From the human T2T-CHM13v2.0 reference genome, Homo sapiens, in the NCBI RefSeq assembly GCF_009914755.1, contig NC_060929.1: a stretch of DNA of 64,000 nt; one strand, 5' to 3'. Both the position numbers and the translations under genes were made by a program. Positions 14,441 to 27,403 of this stretch are shown one piece after another. The notes beneath the pieces were generated by a model. The model was not told the origin of the DNA. It worked only from the letters and a program-made list of their open reading frames with translations, and did no database searches. The number at the start of each line of letters is the position of its first letter. Within the stretch, counting starts at the first letter, position 1.

Positions 14441-14489
14441 TCCTGCTGTCAATTTTCTTGTTTCCAGTTGTTTTCTCCTTTTCACAAGA

Positions 14490-14895
14490 GGCCTATGCAA
14501 TACTTCCTGCACCATAGTACCTGCATTGCCCCTTTGTGTGGAAGGAATACACAGCACTGCCCCCATTGACACCACAACCGGCAAAGCAACTTGCTTTTGG
14601 CCAATGAACTGTGAATGGAAGTGTTACGCACAACTCTATTACAGCAGAAGCCGTATGAAATATCATGAGGTCCCACCTTCACATACCTCACACTTATCCA
14701 GGAACAGCCTATCTCAGAGAAATGCTCACCCTTAAGCCTAGATCCCAGAATTAAGACGCTGTGATAAATACAGCCACAGCCAATTCACAGGCAGCACATG
14801 GCATGAACAAAATATAAAACTTACTCTTTTGTAAGCCTCTGTGGTATTAGGGGTAGTGTTAAATTTGCATATGACCTAGCAAAAGCTCCATAATA
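14490..14895 (+). mobile_element. MLT1 (J/K-like) solo LTR
   Basis: acttgcttttggccaatgaactgtgaatggaagtg; ttttgtaagcctctg... Confidence 0.7.
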
Positions 14896-15080
14896 GTAGT
14901 AGTTACTTTATATAATTATTTTGAGTAAAATCCAGGGAAAGCAGTTAGTAACATGCCAGGTATTAGAAGTGTTCAAATAATGTATGTTATTATTAGTTAT
15001 TATTTTGAAAAACCAAAGAGTGATAATGTAAGAGATGATCACACTTTAGATTTTAAAGTTGTTTTTAAAGATCTGGTTTA

Positions 15081-15362
15081 GGCTGGGCGCGGTGGTTCAC
15101 ACCTGTAATCTCAGCACTTTGGGAGGCTGAGGCGGGTGCATCACGAGGTTAAGAGATCGAGACCATCCTGGCCAATATAGTGAAACCCCGTCTCTACAAA
15201 CAATACAAAAATTAGCTGGGCATTGCAGTGCGCCTCCAATCCCAGCTACTCGGGAGGCTTAGGCATGAGAATCGCTTGAACCCAGGAGGCAGAGGTTTGC
15301 AGTGAGCCAAGATGGTGCCACTGCATTCCAGCTCCATTAAAAAAAAAGAAGAAAAAAAAAAA
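15081..15362 (+). mobile_element. AluSc-like with small 3' deletion
   Basis: cacgaggttaagagatcgagaccatcctggcc; ccagc joins directly to tccatt and the A-tail. Confidence 0.93.
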
Positions 15363-17399
15363 GCCTGTTTCATAGATTGCAGTACACTATGCTGGAACCA
15401 GGAGAGATAGGCATATTTTCCAAAATTTCAATGGGTGTCAACAATAGAGACTGGCTTTGAAGGTGTGGGTTGCTAAATTCTCCTGAAATTTATTCATTTA
15501 AGAAAATCATATAATCTTCCAAATCGGTTTACTTCTTTCAACTCTGATGCTGTCTCCTATACCTGCTATTCTCTCTTCAAACAATAAAAAACAAGAAAAG
15601 TGGTAAATACAGTATTTCAAGGGCTGCGTTCATTCTTTGTACTCCCCAAAATATACAAAAACATTTCCATTTAACATATAATAAAAATAGTTTTCAATAA
15701 TGGTTTTTGAACAGTTAAAGCTATTTTTACGGGGGCTTAAACTACATTACTCACATAGCATGCAGGAAAACAAAAAGATTTTAAAAATTGTTCTAGAAAG
15801 TTACAATAATGACATTTTCCTAGCCCTTTTCTACCACTAAATTCCAATCCTATCTCTTCACAGCCTCTCATCTATTTAAAACTGAAGTGGTTTCACTTGT
15901 CCCCTGAATTACGAGAGCCTCTTATTTAGGTACAGTTGATAGCTCCAGGTGTCATTTCATCTATTGCTGTACAATTTAGTTTTAGATGTGATCAAATTAA
16001 GTACTTGATTCCAGTTTGTCCTACACATTAACAAATTACTGGACATGGAATGTTACTATGGGACAACTAAAAAGAACATTGTTATATTTGCTCATTCTCA
16101 CAATCATGATGTTTCCACTGAACTCTGATATGTATCACCCAACGTATATCCCTTCATGGTCTCCTTAGGTAGAAAGGATTTCTAGATCCTAAATGCAGGA
16201 ATTTGCTTTGGCAACATTGTTTTTCTATTATGTTTATTAAATCTAAAATTCAATAAGTCAAATAAATAATTGATTTATAATGGGAAACTGATTTAAATGG
16301 TTATAATTAATGTAAAAGTAACTTTAGAGATACTATTGATCCAATAATGTCAAATGCCAGCTGAAATTTGTGACTTGACCTTATGCCCATTTTGAAATTA
16401 TGACTATAAATCAGCTGAACTTTTCTCAGGTCAATCGTGCTTTTAAAACATTTATATCTACTATTAATATGTGTTGGGTACCAATGATAAACAAAATATT
16501 ATAGGAAAGCTAAACTTATAAATAATAACCATTTGATTATGAAGTCACATAAAACAGACTGCAATATAGCTGTTAGCTAATATCTGTAAATTGTTATTTT
16601 GATCTAAGTAGAATGTTTGGTGCATCCGTTTCCTCATTTAACCAACACTATGACTCAGTAAGGTACATACCAGGACAATTTCTTAATTATAAAAGGGTCA
16701 AAAGGGATTGATCAAGGCCTTAGAGACAGGACTTTGCAATCAATGGAAGGCAAGTTTATGTCACTACATACAGGTTTATTATCACCGAAAATTCTGAGTG
16801 TAAATTTTATAATACTTTGCTTCTTATACTTAATCTATCTAATAGCCAACGAGCCTTTGGCTTTGGTTTGTTTGGGGTTTTAATATAAAAGAAACACATG
16901 TTCCTCATGGAAATATTTGAAAAGTGTGAAATAGCATGAACTAATCAAAGAAAGAAAACATATATAATCTCAACAACTTATTTAATTTTCTTAGTGTTTT
17001 TCCACACATTTTGTGATAATCAGATCTATACACACAATCTGTCACACTGAATGTCAAACGTTTTGCTTAATATTAAACCAGTGACTATGATTTTTGATAT
17101 ATAGACTGAATCTATGTGAATCTTGGAGATCTATATACATATATTGGTATTTATTTTTTTATTGCTGTAATAGTTTTATACTGTTTCAAAAATTATAAAT
17201 AGTAATTAAAAATAAAATAATAAGCAGTTATATAGTAAAAAGTTATGATTTCAGTTGCTCTTTAAATAGCCAACCATTTTAATAGGTCAATATGAATTAT
17301 TTCAAACCTTATTCAATAAACTTACATATGCATACTTTTTATTACACCAACACACTTTGTCTTACTCAATGTGCCATTTTCATTCTCTTCTTCATTGAC

Positions 17400-17860
17400 T
17401 TCTTTCCTTGTTTGTTAATACATTGGCCTAAATGACTATATTCATAGTATTTCAGAGCATGTTATGTAATTTGATTTAACAAATACCTGCTTGATACATC
17501 TTTAGATTCTCTTTTATTTTTAGATATTTCAAAGCATGAATGTTGTGCCTATATTCTTGTTCACATTTGTGAATGATTATTTGGAAAATATTTTAAAAAG
17601 TAGAATGGCTGAATCAAATAATAGTCATTCTTCAAATTTTGCTCTCAAATTTCTGTACTATTCTAATTCTAAATAGGTATATGTTCAATCTCATTTCTCC
17701 ATAAGCTGTCAGCAAACTCTATATTATATATAAAAAACTGAGCATCAAAAATGATATCTTAAAATGTTGTTGATTTTTTTCTCTTATTATCAAAGTAATT
17801 GAACATCTGTATATCTTCATCAACCAGCTAGGCTTTCTCTTTTCTTATGGCCAAGGACTC
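17400..17860 (-). mobile_element. Old L1ME 3' fragment
   Basis: aaagtagaatggctgaatcaaa; tgaacatctgtatatcttcat antisense L1ME-like motifs. Confidence 0.5.
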
Positions 17861-18000
17861 AGGATTCTTTGCCTAAAGTTACAACTATTCACCTATCACA
17901 GAAATATGTACACACATGCGCACACACACACAGCACACTATTATGACCCAGTCTTTCCCTTTGTATTTATTTTTATGAAGACTTTTAGAAAACAGAGTTC

Positions 18001-18285
18001 TTTTTTCTTTTTTTTTTGAAATGGAGTCTCACTCTGTCACCCAGGCTGGAGTGCAGTGGCACGATCTTGGCCCACTGCAACCTCCGCCTCCCAGGTTCAA
18101 GTGAGTCTCCTGAATAGGTGAGATTACGGGTGTGCGCCACCACACTCGGCTAATTTTTGTATTTTCAGTAGAGACAGGGTTTTGCCATGTTGGCCGGGCT
18201 GGTCTCGAACTCCTGACCTTAGGTGATCTATCCGCCTCAGCTTCTCAAAGTGCTTGGATTACAGGCATGAGCCACTGCCCCTGGA
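18001..18285 (-). mobile_element. AluS
   Basis: Antisense dimer with T-tract; short internal deletion (ctcctg|aataggtg). Confidence 0.93.
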
Positions 18286-18488
18286 CTTTAGTTGTATAAG
18301 AATAAAAATCTATGACTTTTCTTTGATTGCTTCTATATTTACATATTGCTTTATTAACTGTTGCTCATCACCAACTTTTGAAAAAGAATTCCAAATTTTT
18401 ACATGCGAAATAATTTCAAACATACACTAACCTGTAAGGATAGTTCAGAAACATTAAAAACGAACTCTGTAGACACTTTTTTCTTAGC

Positions 18489-19100
18489 TGTATGAATTGA
18501 GGTTAGCCTTTGCCAATAGAGGGTGCTGGAAAGACATTGCAAACCAGAGCAAGAGAAAAGCATTTTCTTTTTTTCCTTCCTTCTTCCGGTAGGCTATTTG
18601 TCTGCCCAGTGGCCAGCGGCTCAGCTGGGAGGGGTGAGAGCACTGGTGGCATTCTCTGCAGTTGCCCTGGCAGATGCACTGTGAATGGCACTAACAGGGT
18701 TCTCCATCAGTCAACAGTGGGCAGCTCCTGCAAACCTGCGTGGCTTGTCTCAGTGGGGACGTTTCCTACAGACCAGCTGTGGCTTGTCTCAGTAGAGACA
18801 TTTCCTACAGACCAGCTGTGGCTTGCACTTGCCAGCATGTTTCATCATCCCAAGCAGGCTGCTTGTGTCTTTGGCCACCATTCTTCTCCGAGGTTTGAAG
18901 TTTCGTTTAGAGTTTGTGCCCTTCCTTCGAATTTCTGATTCTATCCTTGTTCATGCTCCTTCAGCCTTAGAAGTAGCAGCTATCTTCTGAAAGAGATCTT
19001 TCTTCTCCTTTAAGCTCTTTGTTAACATTTCTCTAGACGCAATTTATTGAAAATAAAGATTTTCTGTTTACTCATGGTTTTGGTGTCCTGGCATTACCTC
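18489..19100 (-). mobile_element. ERVL LTR (LTR33-like) with 39-bp tandem duplication
   Basis: tttgccaatagagggtgctgg motif; unit gtggcttgtctcagtRgRgacRtttcctacagaccagct x2.2 at 18740-18825. Confidence 0.6.
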
Positions 19101-20499
19101 GGGTGATAAATTTAGTTTTTGTTTTAGTTTAAGTTTCATTTTGTATTGTGTTGTTTTCCTTATTTCTTCATATTTTTCCCTGGTTTGAAGATGTTTTTCC
19201 TCAAAGTAGTGAAAAACATTTATCCAGCAGCGATTATTGAGTGGCCAAATCTTTTCTCATTGATTTGAAAGGACACTGTTTTCAGTTAAATATCTCAATA
19301 CTTGATTTTTATTCTGCTAAATTGGTTTCACTTCAATGCTGCTTCAATTACCTTCTTTTAACTTTACATGTCAATGCATTTTGAAGCAAATTAATGCGTA
19401 ATACCTTTTCCTCCATTAGAAGAAAGTTGACCTTGAGTTTTCCAGGGAAATTATTTCACTGTCTTTTAATTTTTATAAAGTAATTCCATTCTTTTTAACT
19501 TCTTGTTAAACAAATGTTTTCAATCTCTATTTTTCCAGTATACTAAGTATTTTATGTTTTCATGTTCATTATTGAATTGCAAAGACAAACTGGGAAAACA
19601 GTACTGCATCAACAAAACTTTTTAGAAGATCTTCATTTTATTCTTAAAAATTGCCTATATTATTCATTTCCCAGTTTCCCATTCCAGAAAAGAGATATTC
19701 TGGCTACTGATTTGTCTGTAGTTATTCTTTCTCTATCACCTCAAGGGGGGATTGTGAAAGTTAGTCTGCATCATCCACACAGGCATAACACCCTCTCCTC
19801 AGTAGAGCTCAGTACAATGGAATCTTACTGAGTTTCCTCTAAAAGGCACTTCTTTAGTTTATTGGGCATTTCCTCTTGGAGTGCATTGGTAAATTTCAAC
19901 AAAATATTTAGTTATTCTCAAAATAATGAACAATAGTAGTCTGATCACAGTTATTTTGAAAGTCTTTTTAAGAAATTGTGGCATTTTTTCAAATGGTGTA
20001 TTAGCCTAATTTAAGGCTTTATTTAGATTATATTTCTTAATCAGATCATTTCTCATTTACTTCCAGCTGGACACATTTGTTAGTATTATAGATCTACTTC
20101 CTAAACCCATGAAGGTAGTTTCATAAAACTGAAATATTTCGAAGGGGAACAGAATACGTTCCTTAGTAGGTAACCGTTTTTATGGGTACTAATGCATTAT
20201 TTGAGCAATTAGAGACGGTTTGAGTCTGTTGTCCTCTATGGATGCAAACTTTGCAACTAACAATTCTTGTACTCAAAGGAGGCCAAACAAGTTAAAACAC
20301 TGTACATCTTTCAAAAGAAATGAGTCTCAAAATGTATTGTGAACAATTATCATAACATAGCTGCCCAGCATCTGAAACACTCCTTTATATTGCTGAATTT
20401 CTACCATAAAAGGATTGATGTGGCTCATCTCAGACCACAGAAGAAAATACGATAATTTAGTAGATTTTATTAATGTTTTCAATTATCCACTGCCTTCAC

Positions 20500-20840
20500 T
20501 ATGAAAAGATTTGCATCTCTTTCTATTGTCAAGCTGTTTTAAGTGTCTCTCTGTTGAATGAGTTTAATTTCCTGCCCCATTAACATCATGCTTGGCTTTG
20601 TAACTTGATATCATCAATGAAATGTGAGCAGAAGTGACTGCATGCAAGGCCAGAGCCAAAGATTTCACAGATAACACATCATTCTATTCTTTCACCCTAG
20701 GCCTTGAATTGTGAACAGATAAGAAAGGAAACCTCAGTTAACACAAAATTGACATATAAAGTATGTAAGAATATATTATTTTTCAAAGTGAAGGAGCTAT
20801 AGTTGCTGCAGCATAATCTGAAAGAAGCTATCTAATACAC
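20500..20840 (+). mobile_element. MLT1 solo LTR fragment
   Basis: caatgaaatgtgagcagaagtgac; gttgctgcagcataatctg...ctaataca end. Confidence 0.65.
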
Positions 20841-21158
20841 TTACTGTCCCACCTAAGGCATGGACATGTTTCATGACTTCAACCCATCAGATGCACTGAT
20901 TCCATATTATGAGCTAGAAGCTAGTGATAAAGATACAAAGCAGAGAATACGTTCTGTTATCAGTGGCAGCTAGGTTAGTCATGTGCATTCTCCAGGAGAA
21001 AAAGTATCTGTTGATTGATGCTGGCAACGAAGCAATAGCGCAAGCTGTCCTGTAAATAAATAACTAGATGCAGGGTTTCTGCAGTTTCTGTGGTATGGTT
21101 TTGGCTGCAGCTCCAGTATCTTTTAGCTCTAGCATCCCAGACATTTCTGTGAAATAAA

Positions 21159-21789
21159 GATATGGCTCTGATGACTGGAAGAGCACCAGGGTCCTTGGTC
21201 TCGCACCGACAGGATTAATGACACAGACACACTTGGAGTGGTTTTAAGGGGCAAAAAGTTTAACAGGCAAGAAAGAAGAAAGAAGAAAATGGCTTCCCCC
21301 TGTACAGAGAGAGTGGGAGAGGGGCTTGAAACAGAGAGGATCCCTGTGCGTGGCAGAAAAGTGGTTGCTTCTGTTGGGATGCCGGAGGAGGACATGTCCT
21401 GTTTGCATAGGGCCCAGGGGATTGTTTTGACCAGGTGTGTTATTTAAGTAGCCCACAAAAAACCTGGCCCTCCCACCTTAGCCCTTTAATAAGCAAGTGC
21501 AGATCACCATGATGTTTTGAACACATGGTGTTATCTGGAGGTGGCCATTACACTTGGCACAAGTGGTGACAAGGAGAAGATGGTGGGAATCGCCACATTG
21601 AGTGAACCTAGCTTCTATTGGCCTGTATTTGCATATCAAAGCTTGCCAGCCCAGCCCTTCAAGCCGCCTTTTCTGTTAGAAAAGAGATGGTTTTGGGGGT
21701 TGTTTTTATTAAAAGAAAAAAGCCTAAACAAGAACTCCTTTTACCCTCTCTATCTGACAAAAAATTATTTCTGAATAACTCCTGTATTA
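21159..21789 (-). mobile_element. ERV1-class solo LTR (MER61-like)
   Basis: Left end gatatggctctgatgactgg; right end reverse-complements to taatacaggagttattcagaaa; subfamily uncertain. Confidence 0.75.
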
Positions 21790-22599
21790 CTAAACAACAT
21801 TTGTGTTCAAATCACCAAGTCATTTCTGTTCTTTCCAATGCCAATTGTTTAAGTAATTGTCCACAGAAGAGGTTGCAGGTAATTTTTCAGGGAAATGGAA
21901 GCAATTCATTATTGATTGTCTGTCCATGTTAAACCTGAAATTGTTTTAAATTCTTCTATTCTTAGTGGGTGGTACTTAGGCATCTTAGCTGAAATGAAAA
22001 ACATAATAATTAAATTGAAATTTGTGATCACCTTAATAAACAAAAGTACACTGAAAGTGAAGAGATTGAATTACCACACTTATTGATCACTGTACTGTAC
22101 ATTAAAGTATTTAAAGACTATGGAGTAACGGAATTTTAGTAGTGTTCAATTGCTTGCAAAAACTGAAAGGTGCAGTTTCTAAGTATCTTCCTCAAGGCAT
22201 TGACTGAAGCTGAGGGGCATTTTATGACTGTAGAAAAGAAACATTTATTCTTTGTTACAACTGGACTGGAACAGATGAAAAACTAAATGGAAAGTTTAAA
22301 TATGTGAGTTTTCACATTACAGCTTTAATTCAATTTAATATCTGACCAGATATCTGGGCTTTTGTTGTTGTTATTGTTTTTTACTATTTTTTTGTTATCT
22401 CAATATTTGAACAAATTCCAAACATTTTAGAAGGAATGTCTCTTATAATCTTATAGCTAATAAATCTTAAATATTACATCTTAAATATTAAAATGTCACT
22501 TTTCAATTTTCCAGGGTTATTGCTGCTGATTTTTGCCAGTAAAATACATCCTCCCTAGAAATTAAATTAGAAGCTACTGAAACTTCAAAAATTTAATAT

Positions 22600-25130
22600 T
22601 CTTGTTTCCACCCAGGTCAGATAACTGGCAGTGTGAAAGTTTATATTCAATGAATTCTGGTTCTGGTAATAGCACATTTGCCTGTAGTTTTAAAAATATC
22701 AATATGTTAGAAACAATATCACCAAAAAAGTAAATCAGAAGTACTAAATGCTCCAAAAGTAGGCAAAAACTGGAAAAAATTTGATCCTCAAACTAAGGAA
22801 ACATCATTGGGTGAAATCTGTACAGGTTTTTGGCTCTCAAGAACAACCAGTAGGTGTGTTGTAGCATTGAAAGAAATCAGGTAGAAATCAACATTCTCAG
22901 GGACGACTTCACCGCTCCAGGTAGAAAACAATGGCTGCAAAAAGGTGAACAGACATCACAGCTACTGTTTGTCACCATGGAAACAAAAGTTTGGAGGTTG
23001 AATTATGCCAAGTTATAAAGGCTTGGTAAATACCCAGGATTTCTATTAAAACCCCAGAAGAAATGTCTTTTGAATAATAACTACATTCTAAGACTGTAGA
23101 TTACCCTGATATTAAACAGAAATAGATGACAAAATTTGTAAATCCTAGCAGAAATAATTAAAGAAAAATAAAAAATACGTAAATCACTGTTATCGGGAAT
23201 AAAAGAATATATTACTATGGATCCTTCAGAGATTAAACACATTCTAAAGGAATGTCATGTACAATAGTTTCCTAATTATTTAAACGACTTAGATAAAATA
23301 CATGAATTTTTTTTAAAACACCACTTATCAAAACCGACTGAAGAAAAAATATAAAATTTTAATAACTCAGTATTTACCAAATTTAATATTCAAAACATTT
23401 ACTCACAAAAAGTGTATGTATATGTGTATACATGACGTATATCATATACATACAGATATGCTATATCAACCATATATGTGCATGTTTCTACTATATATAT
23501 ATTACTGATCCATATTCCTTATAAATATAAATAGTTTTCACAACTGAATATATGGAATACACGAATATTTTAATTCATCATGATCAAGACAAGTTCACTG
23601 CAGGAATAGAAGTTTAAGTTGATCTTTGGAAAAGATCAAATGAATTTTCATATTAACATGATAAAGAGGTGATCCTAAAATGAGATATTTAAAATTTTTT
23701 TAAAGTGCAAAATTATAGGAACTCTCAGGAAACTGGGAATTAAAGGGAGTATCCTTAAATAAATAATGTTCAACAATATCAAAATCCTAAAAATAACCTT
23801 GTGTTCAATGGTGAAATATTGAAATATTTCCCCCACCAAAAAAACTAATAAAACAATAATATCTACTCCCCAATTCTCATTACTTCTTTCCATTATTGTC
23901 CAGGATATATTAACCATTAAGTTAATTAGAAGAAATAAAAGTATAAAGCATAGAGTATAATAAAATAAGAGAGATAAATTTAAAAAGATCAGAAAAGAAG
24001 CAAAACTGCTTATACTCAGAATATGTCTGTTTACATAAATAATACTAAAGAATATATAAAATAGCTACTAGTATGAAAAAAATATATACATACGTGGACC
24101 AAGCTTGCAGGGTACCAGATAACATAGAAAAAAGCCAATTGTGTTTTGATATGCAAGTAGCAAACCATTAGAAAAAAAATACAATAAAATGGTTCTGTTA
24201 AAATATTTTAATTACTATAAAATAAGAATGAGTGTAAGAGAAATATTTAAGTTCACAAAGATTGCTAATAGAAATTAAGAAAGACCTAAATTATTATAGA
24301 AATATGCTATGTATATAGATTGTAATACTCAATAATGTTAATAATAAAATTCTGAAAAATTTGAAATAAAATGGTCACTACAATATTGGTCAACATTACA
24401 AAAGTCTCTTTTGTAGGAATTTGTAAGTTTATTCTAGAAGTTTTATAGGAAAACAAAATATGTAGAGAAGCCAAAATAATTTTGAAAAACATGATTGGAA
24501 AATCAATATTACTTAATTTATAAGTCCATTATAAATATACACTAATTTAGATAGTTATGTATTGGTGTAGAAAAGATAATTGGCAAAACAGGAATTTCAG
24601 AAATAACCACATGCCTATATGGTCAATGAATTTTTTGCAAAGGCAACCAGGCCATTCAATGGTGACAGGAAACCCTCCTAATCAAACAGTTTTGAAACAA
24701 GTAGACATAGAAAAATATGAACCTCTCCTATTTCATGTCACAAAAACATAAAGAATAATCATAGACTAAAAGTGAAAATTAAAGCAATAAAGCTTCTAAA
24801 ATCATGTAGCAAACAACATACTCACAGTCTTTGGGGTTTGAAAGTGAGAAGACAAAGTGTGGACATAAAAATCATTAAAGATGAAAGTGAAAACACACAT
24901 TCATCAAAATTAATAACTTCTGGTGAAATAAATCAGGCACAGAAAGTCAACTGCAGGATCTCACTCATTTGTTGACTCTAAAAATATTGATCCCTTAGAA
25001 GTAGTGAGTCCAATGGTTGCTACCAGAGGAGAGTCCAATGGTTGCTACCAGAGGAGAGTCCAATGGTGGCTAGGTTTGGAAGGAGGGCTCGGGAGATGCT
25101 GATCAAAAGGTACAGAACTATGAGATGATA
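22600..25130 (+). mobile_element. Old L1M fragments (ORF2 remnants) and an L1MA-like 3' piece
   Basis: A-rich L1 ORF2-like motifs (attactatggatccttcagagattaa; gtattggtgtagaaaaga); boundaries approximate. Confidence 0.7.
25006..25073. repeat. 25-bp tandem repeat x2.7
   Basis: gagtccaatggttgctaccagagga twice exactly, plus a partial third copy. Confidence 0.95.
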
Positions 25131-26261
25131 AGGCCACCCAACTTGTGCTATTTTGATATAGCAAATCTAGCAATATATGCTCAGTAACAAAGATTGGATT
25201 TGATCATTTTACTAAATGATTTCTTCTATATATTTTTCCAATTAACTATACTGGATTATCAAAGATGATTTTATTGTATAGAAAGAAAAATGATGTGCCT
25301 CCTTTATAGTTTTATAACTCATACATATGTTTCATTTTGTGTTGAGATGGTTATGACTGTTAAAAATTAGTGATGAGTATTAAAAGCATTTCCTTCATTT
25401 CTCTCTAATAAGAATGTTGCTATGTTGTTTTATTAATATAAAAAAAAGGTCTTTGTTTTCAATTTAAGGTTGGTATCCCTATAAGTATTTTTGTTGCAAG
25501 TTTGAACAGATAATGTACTTGTAAAAAAGAAAACTAGTTTTTATGTGAACAAGTCCAATACTTTATAAACACAAAGAAACTCAACAGCAATTGTATGGGT
25601 GATAGGCCAGAAAATGCAATAGTAAATCTTGTATAAGCATACCTGGGATACATTGTGAGCTTGATTTCAGACCACTGCAATAAAATGAATTTGTTGGTGT
25701 CCAAGTGCATATAAAAGTTGTGTTTACACAATAATGTAATCTATTGTGCGCAATAGCATTGTGTCTTAAAAAGCAATGATCAAAACTGAATTTAAAAACA
25801 CGTTATTGCCAAGCAATTCTAACACTTACTGGAGCCTTCAGCAAATTGTGATCTTTTTGTTGGTAGATGGTCTGGCCACCATGTTGATGACTATTGACTT
25901 GCTGGTTGCAGAAGGTTGAAGCGGCTGTGGCAACTGCTTAAAATAAGACAACAATAAAGTTTGCTGCATCAGTTAATACTTTACTCACAGTAGAAATTCT
26001 TTCAAAATTGGTGTTAATTCTCTCAAAACATACTGCTGCTTTATCAACTAAGTTTTATATAATATTCTAAATCCTTTCTTCTCATGTCAATAATGTTCAC
26101 AGCATCTTTGCCAGGAGTATATTGTATCATAAGAAACCACTTTTCTTTGCTCATCCGTAAAGGTATTTCTTCAACCATCAAAATTTTATTATGAGATTAC
26201 AGTAATTCAGTCACATCTTGGGAATCCACTTCTAATTCTAGTTCTCTTTCTATTTCCACCC

Positions 26262-26871
26262 TGTACTTGTCAGGGTTATCACACACATATATAAAAATAA
26301 TAATATATATTTTACATATATAATCTAATTATATATTATCTATATATAAACTAATATCTATATTAGTTAGATATATCTTATCTATTTAGATAGATATATA
26401 GATATCTCTATCTATCTATCTATACTAACTAGTATCCTATTAGTTCTGTCCCCTTTATATATATATATACACATATATATACATATATATATATGGGAGT
26501 TTATTAATATTCACTTACACAATCACAAGGTCCCACAATAGGCGTCTGCAAGCTGAGGAGCAAAGAGAGCCAGACTGAGTCCCAAAACTTGAAGAACTTG
26601 GAGTCCGATGTTCGAGGGCAGGAAGCATCCAGCTCGGGAGAAAGATGTAGGCTGGGAGAATAGGCGTGTTTTTTCATGTTTTTCTGCCTGCTTTATATTT
26701 GCTGGAAGCTGACGAGATTGTGCCCACCAGATTAAGGGTGGATCTGCCTTCCCCAGTCCACTGACACAAATGTTAATCTCTTCTGGCAACACACACACAC
26801 AGAAACACCCAGGGTTATTGCTTTTTTATCCTTCAATGCAATCAAGTTGACACTCAGTATTAACCATCACA
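26262..26871 (-). mobile_element. MLT2A (HERV-L) solo LTR
   Basis: Exact 5-bp TSD caccc; acaaggtcccacaatagg...accatcaca; TA-rich tract. Confidence 0.92.
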
Positions 26872-27035
26872 CACCCCTTCTGCAGTGACTTCCTACACTC
26901 ATCTTGAAGCCCTCAAACTCATCCACAAGGATTTGAATTAACTTTTCCATACTCTTATTAATGTTATATTTTGATCTCCTTCCATGAATTATGAATATTC
27001 TTAATGACACATACAATGGTGAGTTACTTACAGAA

Positions 27036-27403
27036 TGTATTAGTCTATTATCACACTGCTAATAAAGACATACCCAAGACTGTGTAATTTATAAAGGAAA
27101 GAGGTTTAATTGACAGTTCTGCAGGACTGAGGAAGCCTCAGGTAACTTACAATCATGGTGGAAGGGGATGCAAAAACGTCCTTTACTGGGTGGCAGGATG
27201 GAGAAGTGCCAAGCAAAAGGGGGAAAAGCCCCTTATAAAACCATCAGATCTCAGGAGAACTCACTAACTATCACATTAATAAGATGAAGGTAACCACGCC
27301 CATGATTAAATTACCTCCCACCAGGTCCCTCCCATGACATGTGAGGATTATGGAAACTACAATTCAATAGAGATTTGGGTGGGGACACAGCCAAACCATA
27401 TCA
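27036..27403 (-). mobile_element. THE1 solo LTR
   Basis: tgtattagtc...ccaaaccatatca with exact TSD cagaa. Confidence 0.95.

Noticed and set aside
18510-18938. 142-aa ORF with a repeated peptide
   Set aside because: Produced by the 39-bp in-frame duplication inside an LTR.
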